This document shows, piece after piece, positions 37,090 through 46,900 of a stretch of 64,000 nt of DNA (position 1 is the first letter of the stretch; each line of letters opens with the position of its first letter). A program made the position numbers and the translations under genes. The notes beneath the pieces were generated by a model. The model was given only the letters and a program-made list of their open reading frames with translations, was not told the DNA's origin and searched no databases. This DNA is from Ramazzottius varieornatus (taxonomy: Eukaryota > Animalia > Tardigrada), in the NCBI GenBank assembly GCA_001949185.1, contig BDGG01000001.1:6547591-6611590 (forward strand). The letters are read 5' to 3'.

Positions 37090-38452
37090 AAAATTTAGTA
37101 GTATGTAATTTTTATTTTATAGCAAGAGAGAGGGAAAACGTTTCGTCAAAAAATGATTAACTATAAGCAATGAGTTGAAGATCGTGCGTTGAGGCTGAGG
37201 ATTTTTCCATTTATTGAATTTAGCAATTCTCGATTTTTGAGTTTTTTCTAATTTGTAGGATCATATTGTTTAACGGTAGAAATTTTAATTTAAAACCAAA
37301 AAGTGATAAATAGTCTCGACTCAATAGGTATCTAGTTAATCATTTTTGATCTTTTTTCTCTTTCAGATTCTAGCTTCAAGGCTTTAATTTTTATCTCTGC
37401 TTTTCCAATTGTAAGTTTCGTAATATTAAAATAAAAATCAGAAGTGTAAAGTTTTGTAATTTAATAATTTAATAAGTGTTTATTTTTGTAGTTGAAATAA
37501 AGATTTAGTTTAATTACGCGAGGGATAAAACTATGATAAAATAAGTACAATTGTTATCTATTAAGCTTCAATAATATTTGAAATATTTGAAATTAATTTG
37601 ACTTCATTTTTTAATCCGTTTCGCAAAGACATAGTATTGGGGATATAATGTCATATGATACCTGCCTGGTGATATATTACCGGCCGTAGATTTCTATGCT
37701 AAGGTAGCATAATCATTTGTCTCTTTATTGGGGGCTGGAATGAAAGGCGCTCTGAAAAACAATTCTTTTTCTTTTATTGAATTGAATTTAGGTATAAACT
37801 GAAAAGACGGAAAGACCCCATAGAGCTTTAAATAATTTTTGTTTTTCCCCCTACAGTTTATATTAACTGGGGCGGTTGATGGGATCTCATTTAGAGCACG
37901 AAATCTGGCCGCATGTGCTGTACTGCACTGCAGCTGTGCTGTGCTGCAGCACAGCCGTACTACGGAAATCGACGAAATTTGTGCAGCACAGCATAGCATG
38001 CAGCAGGAAGCCAAAGACTGCCGCGCAGATCCACGGACCAACACTTAACAAAAATTGGTACTTTCGAGTATTCGAGTTTCAGGCATCTGAGTTTTGCCGT
38101 ACCGTATGGCCACGTTTTCCCGGTGGACTACGCATTTTGCCGACAATACTATAACATAAGTCAGTACATCAGCATGCAGCGCAGTTGCAACAGCTCCATC
38201 TGCATCTGCAGCGCAGCTGCCTAGCCACTACGCATGAAAGTTGTGCAGCACAGCGCAGCGTACAGCGACCTAGTACCGTGCGCAGCACAGTTGCTGCGTA
38301 ACTTTGAACCTGCGGCCCAGTGCTCTAATCTCATTTATAAGAAAATTTTTATTGGCGTACCAGGATCCACTTATGAAGTGATTAAAAATAAGTTACCGTA
38401 GGGTCAACAGCACTATTTTTAAGAAGAGTTCAAATCGTTTTAGAAGTTTACG
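37090..38452 (+). pseudogene. rrnL: NUMT 16S rRNA, 3'-truncated and interrupted by a MITE
   Basis: cctgcctggtga, aaggtagcataatcattt, aagacggaaagacccc, actggggcgg, taagttaccgtagggtcaacagc; the match stops just before the expected cctcgatgttg. Confidence 0.9.
37892..38327. mobile_element. hAT MITE inside NUMT rrnL
   Basis: TAGAGCAC..GTGCTCTA ends; perfect TSD atctcatt; GCAGCACAG-type internal repeats. Confidence 0.9.
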
Positions 38453-38456
38453 AAAA

Positions 38457-38608
38457 GCAATCGACCTTCTGGAGTCGTCTTTGCCTGCTTTATTGATTTT
38501 AAATCATTTGATTTTTAATTTTTCTATTCTTTGTGTTTGTGTTTTTTTCTCCTGCTTAATTATTATGCTCATTGGCACTTTATTTATTATTTCATTATTT
38601 AATATAAT
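38457..38608 (+). repeat. Right copy of the ~150-bp direct repeat bracketing the NUMT
   Basis: Aligns with 16945-17095. Confidence 0.9.
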
Positions 38609-38681
38609 ACATAATGTATAAGTATTATATTATTTCCAGCAGGACTTCGTTCTAGATGGTTCAATGGTGGTGTTCTTCAAC

Positions 38682-39495
38682 TGGAGCTGTTAATGGTTTG
38701 AACCATATGGTTTGGTTTGGTTTAAGTGGTGGTTTGCATGCCAAACCGGTTAAATGAAGATGGTTTCTCCCGCAAACCACCAAAAGTGGTCTGGTCTAAA
38801 CTCCAAACCAGACCATTCAAACGAAACCACCAGACCACCGGTTCGAACCGGTTTCCGAACAGCTTTTTTGATCACCAGTACATAGTAAATTCTGACACAG
38901 TTTTCTTCAGTTGACTAATGAACGAAAATAACCACCGAGCACATAGGAAGTTGAGCGACCGTTGCTGGTTTCTCTGCAAACAGACGCAAACAGGCAAAAC
39001 TGACGCGTGCTGGTATTAAAAAAGCACCATGGCCAGCCATCCGGTAGTGCAATCATTTTTCCACCAGCAGTGTTGTCCAACACTGCCGGAACTGCGATTT
39101 TTATCTGACGGAAGGCGTAGTTCTGATATCGCGCAGCTTATGACACAGTACTCACCCAGTCAAAGCTGTGCATCACGGGGCACTCAGAGCGCTGTGGCTG
39201 CGCTCGGTGGCAGGAGGGGGGAAAGATTGGTACTGTCAAAGGGCCAATTTCGGCCCGACTTCTAGCACACAATCTGCAGATTTCGTATGAAATTTCCCTT
39301 TACCGCAAACCATGTTAAACCACATAAACCAGTGGTACATATGGTTTGGCGTGAGAGCGAAACCGGTTCGAGTGGTTTGGTTTGAGATGCCATATGGTTT
39401 GAGGTGGTTCGGTTTGGATGTCAAACCACGGACCACATAAACCACATTAACCACTTTCTAAGTGGTCTGGTCTGGTCTGGTTTTTAACAGCTCTA
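38682..39495. mobile_element. hAT MITE inserted in an exon of paralogue B
   Basis: TGGAGCTGTTAA..TTAACAGCTCTA ends; TSD tcttcaac; TGGTT/AACCA-rich subterminal regions. Confidence 0.9.
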
Positions 39496-40046
39496 TCTTC
39501 AACCCTCTTTTGCAAGGGGATAGCGAGCCTCAGCCTGGTCCGCTGCTGCAGTGTCAAGCGCCTGGACCGAACTTGATGCCGACCACCGTGAAGGGTTTCC
39601 AAGGATAGAATCTCTACCTTGACAAGAACCTGCTGGACTGTTTACAAAGGGATTTCAAGAAAAAACCGCCTATCTCCTTGAAGACACTCTTTGATAAGCT
39701 ACTGAGCGCCAGAGGGTTCCAGTTTGCTGAAAACAGAAAGAAAGAGCGACGAGCCGCGCAGGAAACGGAAAGGGCGGAAACAAGCCGGAATTCAACAAAA
39801 ATCTGCAACAGCTCGTCTCGGAAGATGTAATTCACATCATGCGAGGTGATTTTAATTTCTACCATTTTCAAGTGCGTTTTTGCTGCAAAAGTGTAAAGTT
39901 TGCCTGGGACGTCTGCCCCTGACTTTACAGGACCGTTTTCTAAGTGGCGCACGCTTTTAGGTAATAACTTCAGAAACGTGTGCCACGAGGGAAAAAAATA
40001 TTGTTGAGTTGGTTTACCGACCTCCCAGTCCATAACATTCCAGCAT

Positions 40047-40259
40047 ACTGTACTCCCGCGATACACACGCCATACTTCCCTCTGTATTAGGAAAAGTAGT
40101 ACTGCAAGTAAAAAAGTGACGAAGTGGCGGAAGATTCCTCTTTAGAGTACAGCTTTTCGACTGATTATTGATTCAATAAAGTTCAAATTTTCTGCCCCCG
40201 GGAGGTGCACATTCCTGACGTACGTACGAGTATGGCGTGTGTATCGCGGGAGTACAGTA
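40047..40259. repeat. 31-bp inverted repeat pair between the 3' ends of paralogues B and C
   Basis: tactgtactcccgcgatacacacgccatact (40047-40077) and agtatggcgtgtgtatcgcgggagtacagta (40229-40259). Confidence 0.9.
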
Positions 40260-40896
40260 ATGGTCTGGAAAATGGTCCGGAAAATGGTCCGAGGAGCCCC
40301 GACGATGATGACGACGAGGATGATGAGGAGTAAAAGGCATTCGTTCCGTGCTTGTTGTCTGTTGTGCCTTTCTCAGCTTATTGCAGTTGAGAGTTGTTTT
40401 GTTGAAGTAATGGTTCTCTTCTACGCGTCTTGTTTGTCTTTGCTCCTTCATCAGGTGATGTGGACATGTGCAGTTCGGTGCTTCGGTCTAAATACTGGGC
40501 GCTGGGCAAATGAAACGTACAAGATCGTCATTTTAAGTCTCAACTGGCGCGCGTTTTCGCTGTTTGTAGCTGGAATAGGGCGCCAATCAAACAAGAATTT
40601 GTGTTTGCCAGCTCGCAGTTGTTGCTGATAGTTTTTTCAGCATTTTCTCAAACCGCGGTATCATCGCGGTCGACGTACGGTAAGAAGCCAACAACAAGAT
40701 TAAAATGCGGAAAATTGATGCAAAAGAGAAAGAGATTTCTGGATATCCACAAAACAAGTAAAAACACTATTAAACTATCGAAAAATCGGAGGTTATTAGT
40801 CATCAAACCTGGAAATTTTCGACCAGGAGAAAAATCAGCGAAACTAGCCAACAAAACAGTACTGTACAAGTCTGAACAAACATTTACTTAACTATG

Positions 40897-42852
40897 TTAG
40901 TTCCGGGTCTCGGCTTCCGCTGGCGTCGTGGGCTCTGGATCTTTCTGCTTCTTTTCTCGCAGCAGCGTATTCACGTGTTCGTTCAGGCGAAAAACCAGCT
41001 CCGCGGTCGTCCATGTCATATCATTCTGGCTCATGTGAACTACAAGAATAACACACGTTTTAATATTCAGTAAAATTGTGAGAAAAGGACACAACCGGAA
41101 GTCAGTCTTACCGCGAATCATATCGAGAAAGTCGGACGTGAACATTTTCCTGACGCCGAACAACGGTGTCCTCTTCGCACCTTCCTTAAACGCCGCTTCC
41201 TTCATATCCTTCCGCTTTTCTCTTATGAAGGCAATGCCTTCCGGCCCCAGCGTCAGATCGAAGACGCCCACTGCGTACTTCTTGGCGTTATCCCCGCACT
41301 TCTTCCTCAACCTCTTCAGTCCCTTCTTGTCCACGTACAGCTGCATGCCGGAAAAGTTAGCGTCCGTGGTGTGGATTAAAGAAACCTTTTTGACGTAGTC
41401 TTCATTTTCAGAAGGTAATCTAGGTGCATCGAATGTAAAGATCTTGTGCGGCGAGGCGTCTTCGTCGTCCTCGTCGTCGTCGGAAACCTCGTCGGGCCGC
41501 GGAGCCGACTTCTTTGCGCGGAATATATCCGCCCAGTGTTGACGAATGATGCTCGAAATCTTGTTCACGTTCAAGTCTGAGCCGTTATCTTCCATGTGTA
41601 CTGCAAGGAAAAATTTGACGGGATCTTCGACAGAGCCAGTGGACAAAAATTGGGACGTGGGCAAATGAATGGAGCCACATCGGTTCCCTAAGTGGCACAC
41701 ACTTCCAACCAGTAACACTAGAACCGTGCGCCACATGAAATCGCGATCTGGTTCGATTCATTTGTCCACCCGATTTTCAAGTTTGACAACCCGGTTAGAG
41801 AATTGCACCTGGAAAGTTACGCTTTGCCATGCAACAGAACATGCAGCAGCATGGTGAAAGCGGTTGATTTCGCGACGGGTTGGACAGATCAAATTGAATA
41901 TTTTCTTACGTTGGAGGATTCTGAGGAATTCTTCGCCGAGAAGTTCCTTTGCCGTCGTGCTGTGGTGGCTCGGGTTAATTTCCTTCGTGGACAGACCAGC
42001 CTTCTTCCGGTCTTCTCGACGTTGACGGACGAAATCCAGACCTTCCGCACCAAGAAGTTTATCGAGGAGTTTGATGAGGTACGTCTGCGGCCTTCCTTTC
42101 CAGTCACACTGCAGGAGCCTCAACTGTTCCTCGCCAAAATATAAATTCTTCCCGCGGTAGTCCTCTTCACTTAGCGGAATCTTCCCTGGTCCTGGGACTT
42201 GACACTCCAGCACGGGACCTGGACAGGGCTTCTGGTCGCCAGCCAGAAGACTGTTGAAGATTGTGACTAGTTCGGGGTTGCCGTAGTCAGCTCCATTCTT
42301 GTCCAAACTCTGCACGCCTTCTGCAGCTTCCCCCTCGTCGGTGGCCTCTTCTTCCTCGTCTTCGGTTGAAGGAAGATCCACAGTGTATTTCTTCCTCTTG
42401 GAAACGATGGTCCTCGGGAATGCTTCCGGTGCGTCTTCGGAGAATATTTTGGCAATGTCTTTCCTGTTAACGCTGTCTACTCTGTCCAGGAGAATTTGCA
42501 AATCATCGATGCCTCTCAAGTAGCGATGTCCGAGCGTTTTCTTGACAAAGGAGTGGTCGAGGTGTCGACCAAAGTAAACGCTGGGGACAAGTCGTTCGGG
42601 CTCGAGCGTCGTTACCTTCTCCCGTTGAATGCGGATGCATTTGGCTAGTCGGGGTACGACATGTCGATAGTCCACTTGGAAGAAAACAACCAGGTGATCC
42701 TCTCGATCGACAACGCTCTTCCAGGACGACGGTGTAGAGGGCCCGTCAGGCTCCAAGATGTCCACTAAGCTATGGAAGGGGAATGATGAACCGCCAGCTT
42801 TGCGTCGCTTCGTTGCACTCCCGCCATCAACCTGCTTGCTCTGTCCGGACAT
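40897..42852 (-). pseudogene. Paralogue C of the unnamed family: KRRK, conserved N-domain, acidic linker, repeated BEN-like helical domains; in-frame TGA at 41758-41760
   Basis: ORFs 41758-42954 and 40897-41736 share a frame. The repeated module RPQTYLIKLLDKLLGAEG..EEFLRILQ / NAKKYAVGVFDLTLGPEG..DFLDMIR has an intron at an equivalent position; the BEN assignment is inference. Confidence 0.65.
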
Positions 42853-43022
42853 ACTATTTAGCAACAAGCGACAGATCTCCTGCCAGGAAGAAAACGGCCA
42901 AAGAACTTCAAGGGGAGCTTCGCAGCGGATTGACAGAATGAAAAGATTGAGCAAAAACTAAAACCTCATGATAGAACGATCTGTTTTGGTTCAATCTATA
43001 CTTGAATCAACCCATCCATGTA

Positions 43023-43189
43023 CAGTGTACGACAAATTAACCGTTAAAATAGGCGTAATACTGCAGCTGGAGTTTATTTAAGGCTCAGCCAATGAGAATT
43101 ACGTTTTCCTGCATGCGCAAATTTTATTGGCCTCATCCATCTGGTTCCATCCAACACCCATTTTTAACGGTTTATTTTGTCGTACACTG
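43023..43189. mobile_element. Tc1/mariner-type MITE, TA TSD
   Basis: TA-CAGTGTACGACAAATTAACCGTTAAAA..TTTTAACGGTTTATTTTGTCGTACACTG-TA. Confidence 0.85.
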
Positions 43190-43940
43190 TACTGTATCGA
43201 AAGAGGCAATGGGCACGGCATTGTTTATGCGGCAGTTTCCCTCCGCTAGGTGGCGTGGACGCAGCAGCAACGTTTTATTCACTGACCACTGTCTAAGGCG
43301 CCGCAAAGAGCCTGCCTGGAAGCTCTGAGAGACTTAGATAACACTGAAACTGCAAGTGTATTTTTTTTTACTTTGATACATCTACAGCTGTATACCAGTA
43401 TCGAACTGCCAACCATTTTGAAATATGCGCTTGATCGGACATTGAGTCCAGCGAAGTACAGTGCAATAACGGCCAAGGTACTGTACCTCGTCGTTCGGAA
43501 CGGCTTTGCTTGCCCAAATCACAGCTCTTTATTAGATAATGTCGTTAGGTTCGGAACAGTGACTTTCATGTTTCTGAAGGTTTTCTCAACTTGGACGACA
43601 AGTGACGATGCTCACTGCGCTTCCTGACAGATAATCGGAGGAGACCGGGAAGCATTTCGTCGTTACTGCACAATGTACAAATCGTTTTATTTGTCACGAA
43701 ACGCGTACAATGTGTATCGAGAACGCGCAAAACTCCTAAAGTAATATTGAAATACATCAGCAAATTACGAATACCAGTAAGAAATTGTACGTTCGTTATC
43801 TAGGGGACAGGTACAGCTTGAAGTCCTGTATAGTGTCCAGATCACAAAACAGTTAATACACCGGTCAGCTCTTCGGCGGAAACTAAAGTTTTCCTCGTTC
43901 AGACGGTTTCGAAGAGGTGTCGAGAAAGCGAGTCCATTAG

Positions 43941-46900
43941 TTAGGTGGCGGCCCTGGGGAAGTACCTGACAACCCAGCAAGCGTTGGGGTTTTCTTGGCA
44001 GGCGGCGATCATGAAAGTCGAGTGATCCAACTTCCTCATTCCTACAATGGAACCACTAATAAGGCTATACGACTATGGTAGACAGATAAGTTAAGGATCT
44101 CGGTATACTGACGACCCTAATTCACCCAACACGTTTTACGCTTTTCCGAAGACGCAAAAAACTGTCGGCAGAAAGCTGGCTAATAATAGCTTGATAAAAA
44201 CTGTCGTGAGCTGACTAATTTTTAGGGAATAACGATAGACTTGTGAAGTAAGAGGCTAATACGTACCGATATTGCCACCTTGCTCAACGAGGAAGTGCGT
44301 CATGAGCGACACTTCCGGTTCCGATTCTCTAGTTGAATCCCTGACGTCCAATGTTTGAAAGCCTTTAGTGACACCATCTATCGTCAAGAGATCCTCGTGC
44401 GAACTCGAACTGGACTTGTCCGAGCAGGACACACCCGAAGAGCCCGAGAGGTTCAGCACATCCGACGAAGTCGAGACTTCCGGTGAGGATGTCAAGCTCG
44501 AGCTGGCCGAAGTACAGAACTTGCTGACCACGTCACCGGCAGTCAGTGCCGGTGTGATTTGGATGGCCGTTGAGACCTTGTGATGATGTTGCTGGTCCAC
44601 TTCCAGGGAGTACCTTCTGCCCAGGCGGACTCGGATGACTTGGGTAGAGTCACCGGGCGGGAAAGACTGCTGGAAGAATTTGGACTCAGTGTCGGGTAGC
44701 TTAAGGGATGATGTATCGGGTTTGGGTTTGGATGCCTTGATGCGGCGTGGGTCGAGCCGACGTATGCGCTTCTCTTTCTTGGCGGCTTTGAAAGAATCAG
44801 AACGCTGCACCGCAGCTGTGGCCAGACGAACTTGCCGCAGGAAGGAAGGGGGAACGGTAAAGAGGAGGTCCCAGTAAACGATCATGGTTCGCGTCACCTC
44901 GGAAAGCTTACCTAAAACACAGAATCGAAATGAGCGTGTCGCCAAAAATCTTTACACCTTCCAACTAATAATACTATTTCTAGCATTGGAACACTTTTAC
45001 AATCGCTCCTTGTTCGACCTGCTGCAACGTTACGGCGATCGCAATGGTAACCGGACTCGCCCGTTCGTCAATGCTTCCCCGTAATGCTTCCCACTAATGT
45101 AACAGTTTATCTTGACTCATCTTACCCATCAAGTTGAATTGTTTTGAGGCCTCATCAGTGTTTTCCTTCCTGCTGTCAGAAGTACTGGACCGGTCGCTGG
45201 ACACGAATGGTAGGTTTCTCGGAGGCCGGGGTTGGGAAGGGGACGAGGACGCCACAGCGGGATGGAAGAGGTTGGGGGTGATGATCATGGCCACGTTCGA
45301 GCTGGACATCTTGTTCGTCTTCTCCGCGTCGACGATCTTCTTCAGCATCCTCAGGAGGGCCATTAACGTGGCGCACTCAGCGGACGGCAGTTGTAGTACT
45401 AGCAGATTAAGCGCCTCAATTTGGGTTAAGCGGTCGGAGATGTCTGTATAAGCATAAATCAAGTCAGTATATTGGTCATAACAGACGGTAATTACAGACT
45501 GGCGGACTTTTATATGGAAAGAGATACACGTTTATCGTGTCATTGAAGCTGATTAAGCTCAATGAATATGGGTTGGTATTAAAGTGGGAGCGACGGTTCT
45601 TCGTACCTGCGACTTGTGCGAAAGCGTCAACGAGCTCGTTGGTCAGGAGGGGCTGCGGCAGCTCGCGAAGGAACTGCTTGGCCATACAGGCAATGTCATG
45701 GACGGAGACACTTTGGAATATCCGGCGGAACCACTGAGTTTCGTCGGTCGGGGTGTAAGGGTCATCGGAATGGAGAACCGGGATGCCCGGGCTGTAGAAG
45801 GCATCAAGCTCAGCTCGAAGCCTCTGCAAGACATACACAACGTGATCATTTCGTGGCAAATTGCCACTGAAAAAATCGCTTATGTTCGTCTCCGTCAATT
45901 AATGTAAAACTGAATTTCCATGACTGTCGCTGTGTACGAAAAAGGTCTGGAAATTTTTTGTTAGGTCTGTTTTGTGCTATATGGTGGTAGAATTGCAGCA
46001 GTTGATATTATGTCACAGAGGTAAAGTTTTATGACTGTATCAGATGGTTCGATTTAAAGCGCGTATATTACCCTCATCCGGTTGGTTTCGCCGCAGATAC
46101 GTAGCACACCTTCTTCGTAAATACCGCCGCATTCTTCGAGGTAGGACAGCATCTGTAATGCAAGCGACAGCATTAGTCACGCAATGTCGGGTGTTCCGCA
46201 CAGCGGGGTAAACAAGTGGTAAACAAGCGTTTATCCGCTTGCAGGCCGGATAAATAGAAGTAAATATTTAGCTCGTTAGCCGATCACACCAGCTGATCAT
46301 GACAACGAGTCCGCCTGTCGAATGATACGCGCGCGATAGATGTTTGATCGGCGCCATCATCCATCGCGCAGAACAATAGGCGAGATATTGGTGCAAAACG
46401 AGTTTGGTTCTGACCTGTTGAAAGACAATAGGAACATTATCGACCAGGTTGCGGCTGTTGTTCATCAGGACGTCGCTTCCGCGTCGGTTGTTATCCAGCA
46501 CCACCAGACGCTCCAAGGAACTGCCGAAGACGCCCATGTCCGGACTGTCTGTTCATGCAGAAAGAAAAGAGCGTTTTAAACCACGGCAACTTAAAGACAA
46601 AGTTATACCGTTTCTGGAACATCTTTCATCCAATATCAATGGACCAGAGCAAACTTGGGAATCTAGCTGCACTAATGCTGATGCGTAGGCAAAGTCTGCC
46701 ATGAACCGATTTTCTACTATGATCTACTCGAAACCTAATCACCAACTTCCCATAGAACTTCCTCACTTTTTATTTTCTTCTTTGGCTTCAGCCGGCGTTT
46801 CTGGATCGTCAGGTTCCTCTCGTCAAATATCCTTGTAAGCTCGAGCAGCGCCAGTTGTTTCACGCTTCGTTCGTCTCCATCCCATAAAAGATCGTCGACG

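Larger units (their letters stand above)
17100..38452. other. Large degenerate NUMT (nuclear copy of mitochondrial DNA) with nested insertions
   Basis: AT-rich; recognisable but frameshifted nad1, cob, nad6, nad4L/nad4, nad5, nad3, cox3, atp6, rrnS, rrnL and tRNAs in a mitochondrial-style arrangement, interrupted by nuclear transposable elements. Confidence 0.95.
16414..39830 (+). pseudogene. Paralogue B of the unnamed family; exon ~16414-16830, NUMT-containing intron, then exon ~38640-39830 interrupted by a MITE
   Basis: 5' piece DRAIVQDCLGRPYLIAYNEIQMLLDAVD matches paralogues A and C. With the MITE removed, the 3' piece reads VVFFNPLLQGDSEPQPGPLLQCQAPGP..*NLYL..LQRDFKKKP..LFDKLLSARG, matching paralogue C. 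Confidence 0.75.

Noticed and set aside
17369-38452. Functional mitochondrial genome misassembled into the scaffold
   Set aside because: The genes carry many frameshifts and stops even under the invertebrate mitochondrial code, and are interrupted by nuclear elements with TSDs.
41758-41760. Programmed readthrough or selenocysteine at the in-frame TGA of paralogue C
   Set aside because: No SECIS-like element seen; the sister copies also carry stops and a nearby acceptor looks mutated, so decay is the simpler explanation.
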